This document shows positions 19,134-27,394 of a DNA stretch of 64,000 bases, one piece after another. Each line of letters starts with the position of its first letter. Position 1 is the first letter of the stretch. The notes below the pieces were generated by a model that searched no databases, had not been told where the DNA came from, and saw only the letters and a list, made by a program, of their open reading frames with translations. The DNA is from a virus (taxonomy: Duplodnaviria; Caudoviricetes). The position numbers and the translations under genes were made by a program. Location: IMG/VR virus record IMGVR_UViG_2883475777_000001; one strand, 5' to 3'.

Positions 19134-19405
19134 TTGGACGCCCTCCGTTTCTTCGCCGCCAAGGTGAAACGACCGGGGCCGGTCTTCTTGAAACGGGCGT
19201 CCTTTCCCTTGCCGATGTCTCGAATGATCGAAGCGTACAAGGTGGCCTGCGGCGTCTTGCCGCCGGGCGAGGTCCACAGGTTTTTCCTTTCCATCGCCTC
19301 GATCATCTCTTTGCAGCTCATGGGCTTTCGGGCTTGCCGCAGCACCTTGATGGCTGCATCGATCTGGCTCAGCTTCGGTTGGGTTGCGGTCTTCTTTCCT
19401 GCCAT
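19130..19405 (-). CDS. Winged-helix (HARE-HTH-like) protein, paralog of 36120-36521
   Basis: DAAIKVL...PMSCKEMIEAM...LWTSPGGKTPQATLYASIIRDI. Confidence 0.8.
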   Translation of the reverse strand: MAGKKTATQPKLSQIDAAIKVLRQARKPMSCKEMIEAMERKNLWTSPGGKTPQATLYASIIRDIGKGKDARFKKTGPGRFTLAAKKRRASK

Positions 19406-19496
19406 CGTTTCGTCTCCCAATCGGATTGGTGTTGTTGCGTCGCGAACGCCGCGACGCGTGACAGGACAGTTACCTCGCGTTTTCGGCGTCATCAAG

Positions 19497-19811
19497 CTAG
19501 GCGTTGGCATCCTTGGCCAAGTCCGCCGAATCGTCGCCAGACGGGCCAACTGTGGGCGACGGGTTGGCCATTTGGGCGTCCAGCCAAGGGTATTCGCCAG
19601 CCCGAATCGACGCTTCGATCTGTTTCAGAAATTGCCATTCCCACAGCGGGACCATTACGACGTCCTGCTTGCTGTAGCGCTGGATCACAATCGGCTCGTC
19701 GGTGTTGGCCACGGATTGATACGCCCATCCCAGGCTGTCTCGCAGGTGGGTGATCCGCATGACGTGCTCGGGCGTTGGTTCGGGCGTTGGTTCGGGCATT
19801 GGCTCGGACAT
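19497..19811 (-). CDS. Phd/YefM antitoxin-like protein
   Basis: MRITHLRDSL...V..TDEPIVIQRYSKQDVVMVPLWEW; start uncertain. Confidence 0.55.
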   Translation of the reverse strand: MSEPMPEPTPEPTPEHVMRITHLRDSLGWAYQSVANTDEPIVIQRYSKQDVVMVPLWEWQFLKQIEASIRAGEYPWLDAQMANPSPTVGPSGDDSADLAKDANA

Positions 19812-19839
19812 GTACAAGAAAGAAACTGTAGGTAAGTTT

Positions 19840-19888
19840 GCGACTGTTCCCGCGGGCGTCTCCTGAAGACGGTCGCGAGGTAGGACCC
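19840..19888 (-). other. Putative packaging (cos-like) signal, satellite copy
   Basis: 34/49 gapless identity to 39234-39282; starts with GGGTCCT. Confidence 0.6.
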
Positions 19889-19913
19889 GTTCGCCCAACG
19901 GAGGCGATTCAAG

Positions 19914-20147
19914 GTTGCCACCAAGACTGCCAACATGCCCCCGTCTCTTTTTGGTGGCAATCTTGGCAGTGTTGGCAGCCTTCCCCAAAAACACCGGGAA
20001 CCACGCGTTCCCTCTACGGCAATTTGGTGGCCATCTTCCTTTTTGGTGGCAGTGTTGGCAGTCTTGATTCGGTGAAAGATGTCCAAGGCTGCCAAGACTG
20101 CCAACTTATTGAGACGGGGGTTGGTGGCAGTCTTGGTGGCCATCTTG
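19914..20147. repeat. Iteron-like cluster (TTGGTGGCA/TTGGCAG units, both orientations); putative satellite origin
   Basis: About a dozen short units immediately downstream of the helicase gene. Confidence 0.65.
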
Positions 20148-21716
20148 ATCCGGCAGGCTCCAATACCACTTGCCACCATCCTTCTTGGACCGACCTTCGA
20201 TCTCCTTGAACGCACGCCGGAGCGTTCGCTCCGAGAAGCCGTTCTCTCTCGCATCCGCAATCACCTGTTTCGATGGCTGGCGACCTTCAGCGAGCTCGTT
20301 GCGCAACCAGGCGACGACCTCACGTCGCTCCGCGCCTTGAGTGCTCTTGTCGCTGGTCGATTTCAATTCCGCCGCGAAGGCCTCGTCGGCGTGCATGCGA
20401 ACCGGTTCGAGTTCCCATGCCACGCGGCTGTCGACGATGCGGTACGCCAGGCCGTCGGGATCGCGTGCGAGGTTTAGCTTGCCGGGCAGGAACAATCGTC
20501 GCTCGGGATTCTCCTGGTCCTTGGCCACCGCCCACACGGCGCGTGAAGCGGCCGCGAATGCCAGCGAGCCCATCGCACGGTACACCGCTTTCGCGCCACC
20601 CGACTTGCTGAGATGGGTCACAGCGACAATCGCCACCCGATGGCGGCCAGCCAAATCGGCAAGCGGCGCGAGTAGACCTCGGACATCCGTGTTCTTGTGG
20701 GAATCAACGCTGCCGGTGTAGGCCGAAATCGGATCGATCACGACCAGGCGCGCGTCGGGCATCTCTTGCATGACTTCCTCAAGGCGTGGGAGGTCGGCCT
20801 CAAGCGAGAAGTGCCGGCGTCTGCCACCTTCGGCCACGCCTTCGACGGCCACTATGTTCCCGTCGTCCGCGCCGGCCTTGTCCAATCGCGGCGCGATGGT
20901 GTCGGCCAGATCGTCCTCGGCGTTGAAGAGCACGACGCCCGCCGGCGACTGCTTGAGCAAGGGCAGGTCGGGCCACGGCTCGCCGCGCGAAACGCGAGCG
21001 GCGATGTCCAGCGTGACGAATGACTTTCCCAGACCTGGATCGCCGGCCAACAGAGTCAGCTTGCCCAGCGGAATCCGCCCAGGCCACAACCAGTCAAGTA
21101 GTTCACGTTCCACGTCTTTCAACCTCCTCTTGATCGCGTGAGGCGGTGCCGGTGGTCGCCAGAGCGGCGCTGGTGCCGGTGTTGGCTTTGCCGGCTTCGG
21201 TGCCTCAAGCATGCCGCGCAGTCCCTCCGTCAGAAAATCCTCGGGCCGTGGCGGTGGTACGATCCGCTTCGGATTGATCTCCGCTTTCGCCCACGCATCG
21301 ACCGCCTTCTGCCACGGCGGCACAATCTCGTCCGCGACTTGGCCGTTGGTCGCACCCGCTTCGCACAGTTCCCACCAGAGTTGCTTGGCCATCTCCATTG
21401 CCTGGCAACGTCCGCGCGTGCGACATGCGGCAACCTCGTGGCCCGTGTGGTAGACCACCTGGTCGCTCTCCATGTCGGGATCGCCGTACATCTCGGCGCT
21501 CGGCACGAGCAGTTCGGCTTCCCGTCTTGCCTGCCGCCGGTCGTTCCAGGCCAGGGCGATGGCTGCCTCGTCGGGCGCATCCCAGGTGGCGACCACCATA
21601 GCGCCCTCCATGAAGGCTTGGCGATAGACGCGTTCGTTGGTTTGGCGCTCGGGCGTGACAGGCCAATGCGGACCGTCGTCGTAGAAGCGAACCGTCTCAG
21701 GCGGCAGCGTCACCAT
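20106..21716 (-). CDS. AAA_25/RepA-like helicase
   Basis: WLWPGRIPLGKLTLLAGDPGLGKS, FNAEDD, LVVIDP, THLSK, GSLAF. Confidence 0.88.
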   Translation of the reverse strand: MVTLPPETVRFYDDGPHWPVTPERQTNERVYRQAFMEGAMVVATWDAPDEAAIALAWNDRRQARREAELLVPSAEMYGDPDMESDQVVYHTGHEVAACRTRGRCQAMEMAKQLWWELCEAGATNGQVADEIVPPWQKAVDAWAKAEINPKRIVPPPRPEDFLTEGLRGMLEAPKPAKPTPAPAPLWRPPAPPHAIKRRLKDVERELLDWLWPGRIPLGKLTLLAGDPGLGKSFVTLDIAARVSRGEPWPDLPLLKQSPAGVVLFNAEDDLADTIAPRLDKAGADDGNIVAVEGVAEGGRRRHFSLEADLPRLEEVMQEMPDARLVVIDPISAYTGSVDSHKNTDVRGLLAPLADLAGRHRVAIVAVTHLSKSGGAKAVYRAMGSLAFAAASRAVWAVAKDQENPERRLFLPGKLNLARDPDGLAYRIVDSRVAWELEPVRMHADEAFAAELKSTSDKSTQGAERREVVAWLRNELAEGRQPSKQVIADARENGFSERTLRRAFKEIEGRSKKDGGKWYWSLPDQDGHQDCHQPPSQ

Positions 21717-21864
21717 CGTTGGCCTCCGCTTGTTTCCGTCGCTTCTCGTAGATGTCGATCAATACGGCGGCCCAGGCGTCGGCGACTTCCTCAGGAAGCT
21801 TCTCCTTCGTATCCGGATCCTGCCGGCGCGCATCCTCAGCGCACGGTGTTGACTTGGTTCTCAT
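21697..21864 (-). CDS. Small hypothetical protein (55 aa)
   Basis: GAGAGGG RBS; EEVADAWAAVLIDIYEKRR helix; overlaps the helicase start. Confidence 0.5.
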   Translation of the reverse strand: MRTKSTPCAEDARRQDPDTKEKLPEEVADAWAAVLIDIYEKRRKQAEANDGDAAA

Positions 21865-21989
21865 GACCCTCTCCTCGAAACCGCGAATTCTGCTGTCGCA
21901 GAGACAAATCGGCGTCGCGGCCTGCAAGTCCTGGTGCAAGCCACGATTCGCCACGCGGGTGCGGGCCAGTCCATTGAGTGCGGCGCGGA

Positions 21990-23831
21990 CTATTCGCCGT
22001 CGGCCTTGTACGCGGCGCGATAATCGCCCAGCGCGGAACCGAAGTCGTGATAGACTCGCCACGTCGCGGCGAGCTTGTTGGGATCGGCGTCGAAGCCGAA
22101 AAACTCAACCGTCGGGCTCTGCTTGCCCTGCAGGAATGCCACGACGATTGCCGCGTCCTGCCGGCCGGCGAACAGATACCATGCCTTATCGCTGGTGCCG
22201 GTGAAGCGAGCTGAGTTCGACAGCCGCGGTTCGACCTCGAGCGACACGACGTTCTTGAGGGCATTGCCCGTCGGCTCGTCGTTGTTCGCCCGCTGGATAA
22301 AGTCGGACTGCAGCAGCTCCTTGGCGGTCTGCTGCAACTCGGGCGGCACAAGTAACGTGCGAGGTCGGATGTCGAGGTCGCGATCCTCGTCGTCCCGCTG
22401 CGCCATCATGCGAGCGATGCCGGTCGCCAGCGCGATCGCGTCGAGCGTCGATCCGGCACCGGTGTCAAAGTTGCCGTTGCCGGCGCTGAAGAACGAGCCG
22501 GCCCCACCGAGCAGCGTCGTGTAGGCCAGATCGCTGACCGCGCGCATGGCCGCTCGACCGAGCGACATCGCCGTGTCCTCGAACAGACCGAGGTCGTCGT
22601 TGATGATGTCGCGCCGGTCAATCGACAGCATCTTGCCAAAGGTATCGACCGAATACTGGTAGGTCGCCTCGTCGATGCTGCCGTGCTTCAGTTCGCCGCC
22701 CGGCGCAACCTGCGTCAGGTCACCGGTATCACTCGGTCGGATGCCGGTGTGATCCTTGAAGTCGGCAGCCGACTTGATCGCCGCGAACGCACGCCAGGTG
22801 GCCGGCGACTCGGTGTAAGCATCGAGAAGCACCTTGTTCGCCGCATTCCCAAGCGCGACGGGAAGAGAGTAAGTCGACAGCGCCGCGCGGATCAGGGCCT
22901 CGCGTCCCGATGGCGCGTCGCGCTGTTCGACCATCAGTGCCGCCCGGCATAGATCAACGAGGCTCGTGGCCCGCAGCTCGCGGGCTTGTTGGGCGGTTTG
23001 CGGGCCAAGGTGCTTCTCGACCAGATTCTCGTGGCCCATGTGGACCAGCACGGCCGCTTCGATCACGTCGCGCGTGGGCGCGACCGTCGTCGTTTGGATG
23101 TACGGACCGCGCGGGCGCGACGCTCGCAGCACGGCCAGTTCCGTCTGCTGTCCGGACCAGCCTTCTCGGATGGCCTGCGCCTCGATGTCGCCGTGTTCGC
23201 CATTGCAGGCACGACGAATCGCCGTGATCCGTTCGGTTTCGGCAGCCGCTTCGGCACGGATGTCCTCGGCGGTTTTTTCTGTGGTTGTCATGAGAGCCTC
23301 TTCTCCTTCCTGCGAAGCGGCGATCGCGACCGACGTTCCGGCATCGGCACCAATCGCCACAATGCTGACTTCCTTGAGCGCGGACGACCGCACCAGCGTG
23401 AACCCGCTACCGGTCGCCCTGATCGTCCGCCCGTTTACTTCAACAATGTCGCCGGCGCGTACTCGCTTCGATTCGCCCGGAGCAACACCGACCGACGCCT
23501 GAAACTGAAACCCGCTGCGAGCCAGCTCGATGATCTGCTTCGCGGCCTCATTGGTGGGCGCGATCGTGCCGGCGACTAGCAACTTGCCGTTGGCGACCGA
23601 CGCCTGCCCGAAACCCACAACACCTCGCAGCGTAGAGTCGTGGTCGGCCAGGATGCTGATCTGAGACGCCGAGACGTCGACGCCGGCCAGGTCGAGAACT
23701 AGCGGTCCCCATCCAGGCACGACCATCTCACCGCCTGTGTAGGCGACGATGGTGACGGCCGGCGTTTTGCCGGCGGCCTGAATATCCACGTCGCTTGTCG
23801 CGAGCAGCAGTTCTTCAGTCGCTGTGGACAT
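21990..23831 (-). CDS. Second protease-major capsid fusion (satellite-encoded)
   Basis: IVAYTGG, FQFQASVG, QVAPGGELKHG, LSIDRRDIINDDL, YHDFG: divergent homolog of 14472-16505. Confidence 0.88.
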   Translation of the reverse strand: MSTATEELLLATSDVDIQAAGKTPAVTIVAYTGGEMVVPGWGPLVLDLAGVDVSASQISILADHDSTLRGVVGFGQASVANGKLLVAGTIAPTNEAAKQIIELARSGFQFQASVGVAPGESKRVRAGDIVEVNGRTIRATGSGFTLVRSSALKEVSIVAIGADAGTSVAIAASQEGEEALMTTTEKTAEDIRAEAAAETERITAIRRACNGEHGDIEAQAIREGWSGQQTELAVLRASRPRGPYIQTTTVAPTRDVIEAAVLVHMGHENLVEKHLGPQTAQQARELRATSLVDLCRAALMVEQRDAPSGREALIRAALSTYSLPVALGNAANKVLLDAYTESPATWRAFAAIKSAADFKDHTGIRPSDTGDLTQVAPGGELKHGSIDEATYQYSVDTFGKMLSIDRRDIINDDLGLFEDTAMSLGRAAMRAVSDLAYTTLLGGAGSFFSAGNGNFDTGAGSTLDAIALATGIARMMAQRDDEDRDLDIRPRTLLVPPELQQTAKELLQSDFIQRANNDEPTGNALKNVVSLEVEPRLSNSARFTGTSDKAWYLFAGRQDAAIVVAFLQGKQSPTVEFFGFDADPNKLAATWRVYHDFGSALGDYRAAYKADGE

Positions 23832-24411
23832 TGGTCGCCTCCTGCGGTTCGAGTTTGGTTCCCTGCGGGAAGAACCGGATGTAGGCGTACTCGTTCGGAT
23901 CGGTGGACGGTTCGATCACGGTGACCAAGCCGAGCACGTCGAAGCTCGTCGAGAACCCCATCTTGTAACGAGCGGCTGCAACGCGACGCGCCTTCACGCA
24001 CTGGCCGAACCGCAGGTTGTTGACCCAGCAGTAGTGCGTCCAGGACGACCATCGGTCCTGGTCGTTCTCATAGATCCACTCGGCGGCCGCGTCGATGTCC
24101 TCCTTGCTCCACTCGAGCCAATCGTTGCCCGTCCAGGTCATGCCTGGCCGCGCTCCCTTCGGCTGGACGATTCCTTTCTCGGCGAGCTGCCAGAGGTAGA
24201 TGCCGTCGACGTACAACCCTCGGAGACGCAGTTCGCGGAATGCGCCTTCCGTCGACTTGGGATAGATCAGCGCCGTGCTGGAGTTGCGACTGCGCATCTT
24301 CTCGTCGTCGATGTTGGGTAGCAATTCCATCAACTGATCGAAGTCCTCGCGGAGCCAATAGTGCTTCTTGTCGGCCCGGGCTTCGCGGTCCTGCTGTTCA
24401 GTTTGCCTCAT
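23815..24411 (-). CDS. Hypothetical protein (198 aa)
   Basis: Coupled to the sigma gene (ATGA) and overlapping the capsid start; AGAAGGA upstream. Confidence 0.7.
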   Translation of the reverse strand: MRQTEQQDREARADKKHYWLREDFDQLMELLPNIDDEKMRSRNSSTALIYPKSTEGAFRELRLRGLYVDGIYLWQLAEKGIVQPKGARPGMTWTGNDWLEWSKEDIDAAAEWIYENDQDRWSSWTHYCWVNNLRFGQCVKARRVAAARYKMGFSTSFDVLGLVTVIEPSTDPNEYAYIRFFPQGTKLEPQEATNVHSD

Positions 24412-24917
24412 CCTTGTTCTCCTTCTTTGATGATTGAGAGTTCGCGTTGGACGGTTCGCTTGGGAATTCCCGTCTCCCTGGCGATTTCGTCGACCGTGCA
24501 GCCGGCCATCCACAGCGTGCAGACTTCCCGCCTTCGTTCCGGCAGGCTGCCGAGATAGTCGCGAATCAACCCGTCGACGGCCGGGTCGCGACAACGCGAA
24601 GTGCGCGGCGTCGCATAACCCTCGATGTTTCCCGGCTGGTTGTCAGAGTCGATTCGTGAGACAGCCTTCGGCTCGCGTTTGCCTTCCGAGTAGAAGTCAC
24701 GGAGGAGGTTGTACTGCCGGCTCGCCATGCGGTTCTTGGCAAGACCGACGTCCTTCGTCTCACACAAGACCTGCCAGCCGGCCAGAAACAGCTCCTGAAT
24801 CGCATCCTCCGTGCGATGGTCGTCCCAGCCATGCGGTCGCTTGGCCGCGATGAGTTTCTTGACCAACGCCTCCGCAAACGGGTGGAGATCATCGGGGGTG
24901 TCGAAGTAATCGGTCAT
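24408..24917 (-). CDS. ECF-like sigma factor (satellite)
   Basis: EDAIQELFLAGW (region 2-like) and LPERRREVCTLWMAGCTVDEIARETGIPKRTVQREL (region 4.2 HTH). Confidence 0.75.
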   Translation of the reverse strand: MTDYFDTPDDLHPFAEALVKKLIAAKRPHGWDDHRTEDAIQELFLAGWQVLCETKDVGLAKNRMASRQYNLLRDFYSEGKREPKAVSRIDSDNQPGNIEGYATPRTSRCRDPAVDGLIRDYLGSLPERRREVCTLWMAGCTVDEIARETGIPKRTVQRELSIIKEGEQG

Positions 24918-25251
24918 CCAATCTCCTTTGACCGGCAGGCTTCCTGCGTCTACTCAACTAATCCACGCGCCTCCGCGCAAACGCGCCATCGTAGACTCGA
25001 AATCTTCTTGAGACCTCGGCCTCCATCGGATCGTCAGTTGTTTGCGTATTAGCTGCGCGGAAATATCACTGATTTTTCTCATGTCCGACGATTGAACTCG
25101 CGTTGCAGAATGATAAACTGGGCAATTTAGTGGAGGCGAGAGCAGTTCGCTGCCGATTCGTGGAGTCGCTGAAACTTTTTGGACTCCGAAGTCGTCTCTC
25201 CTTGATAGAGAGGTTTCCATTTTCCCTAGCCGGCCAACCACGAGGTGTCAA

Positions 25252-27237
25252 ATGCAAAGACGATTCACGGTTGTTATCACAACCTTACTGTTGACTCTCT
25301 CTTCTACTGTTTCTTATGCCCGCACCTGGACCGAGCGGTCATCCGGACGAACAGTCAATGCAGATCTCGTCTCCTTTGCTGGCGACGTCGTAAAGATCAG
25401 ACGCCAGAGCGATGGCAGAGTCTTCGCTGTCCCCGTCGAACGGTTGAGCGACGTTGACCGAACCTTTGTGGAATCTGCTTCTCAAACGCGCCCTGAGGCA
25501 ACGCCCCGAAAAGGCAACGTTAGGTTTGTGGCGTTTAATGCGCAGGCCCAGGATGAGTACAGTGCTGAGCAACTCAATGCGTCGAAACGCATCGTCTGTG
25601 TCTGGAAAAAAGGCACGGCTCAAGCAGCCATGAGGACGATTGAAGCGGTCGGTCTGAAGGTCACGTACCTTGGCTCTGCAATCCCGTTCGGCGTTTGCAC
25701 CGGACAACTCACCGAGGACGGACTCAAGCGGCTGAGGAGCGACCCGTCGATCCAAAGTGTCGAACCTGACATCGAGTTGGTCGTTGACGACGCGCAGCCC
25801 GAAGTGCGGCAGATTACGGACGAAGTCTTGGCAGCATACGAACACGCTGGCCGTATGGTGTGCGTCTGGAAGAAGGGGAAGAAGAAGGAAAGTCTCGAGA
25901 TGCTTGCGCAAATGGAGAAAGAAGGAAAGCTGCGCGTGATTCACAAACTCGAGACCACTCCAATCGCCTTCTGTGACTGGAAGCCGCCACTGCAGCAAGC
26001 AACGCTGGTGCAACTGCAAAAATCGCCAATGCTGGATTACGTTGAACCAGATTTGACGCTGGTGAAGGACAACCCAACCAAAGGTCGAGAGATTGTATTC
26101 CCGAACGGGACACCCAAGACGGTCGTGTCTAAAGGCGTTGTACTGACCACGCCAGATGATCCAGAGATTGCCAAGCTCTGGGGAATGGATTCCATCAAGG
26201 CGAAGAAGGCGTGGACCTGTGCCAACCAAACAGATGTTGTTGTGGCAGTGATCGATTCGGGCGTCGATTATAATCATCCGGACCTGAAGGCCAACGTGTG
26301 GGTCAATACGGGTGAGATCCCTAACAACGGAGTTGATGACGACAGTAACGGCCACAAGGATGACTACTACGGCCTGAACTTCACTCAACTTCCACCTACA
26401 ACGGATACGCTCGATAGATACGGACACGGTAGCCACGTCGCCGGAACTATCGGTGCCGTTGGCAACAACAAGCTCGGAGTCGCAGGCGTCAATTGGCGTG
26501 TGCAGGTCATGGGACTCAAAGTTTTTGATGACGCTGGAACTGCACCAGTTGGAAGCGCTCTAGCTTCTGCCATCGATTATGCTGTCGCGAGGAAAGTTCG
26601 CGTCATCAACTTGAGTCTTCGCTGGGGAAGTGAGCGGGCTTTCTTGAAACGTGTTATTGATGGAGCGGAAGACAAGGGCGTTCTGATTGTATGCTCAGCT
26701 GGCAATCTAAATCGTGGTGATGATCCACGCACGATTGATAATGACGTCGTGCCCCAGTTCCCCGCGTCCTTTCCGAATGACAACGTCATCGCGGTTGCGA
26801 ACATCACGGAGAGAGAACAGCTTAATGCGAGTAGTCATTTTGGATTGCGGAGCGTCGATTTGGGTGCTCCCGGGACAGACATTTACAGCACTGTGCCAAC
26901 TTCTGTAAAGGCATCGGGTTATGACTCGTACACTGGGACATCCATGGCAAGTCCGCATGTCGCAGGTGCGGCGGCGCTGATTTGGGGACATAAGAGGTAT
27001 AGCAGTGGCGATTTCAAGGCGATTCGAAAGCTACTTCTAGACAATGCTCGCTCAATTCCCGCGTTGTCGGGAAAGTGCGTAACTGGCGGCACTCTTGACA
27101 TTGGCTTCTTGTGTAAGCAGAGCCCGCCACCTATCGGAAAGAAACCGCCAATCGTGATTTGCCCCCCACCTCGTTGTTACATCCCGTGTCCCCCGCGCCG
27201 CCACGTCTTTTATCGCTTCCGTTGTGGTAGTCGGTAG
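25252..27237 (+). CDS. Secreted S8 subtilisin-like protease with SHD1-like N-terminal domain
   Basis: Signal peptide; RTWTERSSGRTVNA (SHD1-like); two I9-like propeptide repeats; triad VIDSG, HGSHVAG, GTSMASPHVAG. Confidence 0.92.
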   Translation: MQRRFTVVITTLLLTLSSTVSYARTWTERSSGRTVNADLVSFAGDVVKIRRQSDGRVFAVPVERLSDVDRTFVESASQTRPEATPRKGNVRFVAFNAQAQDEYSAEQLNASKRIVCVWKKGTAQAAMRTIEAVGLKVTYLGSAIPFGVCTGQLTEDGLKRLRSDPSIQSVEPDIELVVDDAQPEVRQITDEVLAAYEHAGRMVCVWKKGKKKESLEMLAQMEKEGKLRVIHKLETTPIAFCDWKPPLQQATLVQLQKSPMLDYVEPDLTLVKDNPTKGREIVFPNGTPKTVVSKGVVLTTPDDPEIAKLWGMDSIKAKKAWTCANQTDVVVAVIDSGVDYNHPDLKANVWVNTGEIPNNGVDDDSNGHKDDYYGLNFTQLPPTTDTLDRYGHGSHVAGTIGAVGNNKLGVAGVNWRVQVMGLKVFDDAGTAPVGSALASAIDYAVARKVRVINLSLRWGSERAFLKRVIDGAEDKGVLIVCSAGNLNRGDDPRTIDNDVVPQFPASFPNDNVIAVANITEREQLNASSHFGLRSVDLGAPGTDIYSTVPTSVKASGYDSYTGTSMASPHVAGAAALIWGHKRYSSGDFKAIRKLLLDNARSIPALSGKCVTGGTLDIGFLCKQSPPPIGKKPPIVICPPPRCYIPCPPRRHVFYRFRCGSR

Positions 27238-27272
27238 CGGCTTGCAGAGTGACGACTAGTAGTGCTAGTTAC

Positions 27273-27308
27273 GCCCAGCAGGAGCATTCCTGCTGGGCAT
27301 TTCTTTTT
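27273..27308 (+). terminator. Rho-independent terminator after the subtilase
   Basis: GCCCAGCAGGA-GCAT-TCCTGCTGGGC (11-bp stem) followed by ATTTCTTTTT. Confidence 0.8.
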
Positions 27309-27360
27309 GACTCAATGACGTTGATACAGAAATGCCGAATCGAACAGGTTGTTGACGAAA

Positions 27361-27394
27361 ATCCCGCCTCTTGAACGCCCTTCTTGAAAGGCAT
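27361..27394. other. Right att junction (inner arm ATCCCGCCTCTTG at 27361-27373, core TTGAA at 27384-27388)
   Basis: Inverted copy of the left arm; portal homology resumes at 27389. Confidence 0.85.

Larger units (their letters stand above)
16937..27388. mobile_element. 10.4-kb serine-recombinase satellite-like element integrated in the portal gene
   Basis: Flanked by TTGAA at 16937-41 and 27384-88. Removal restores ...LNMPF-NVAAGNSS... Recombinase gene abuts the left junction. Confidence 0.9.

Noticed and set aside
19914-20147. CRISPR array
   Set aside because: Units are short, irregular and in mixed orientation with no unique spacers; no cas genes in the window.
21990-23831. Simple tandem duplication or assembly artefact of the capsid gene
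   Set aside because: Sequences are clearly divergent and the copy lies within defined att ends.
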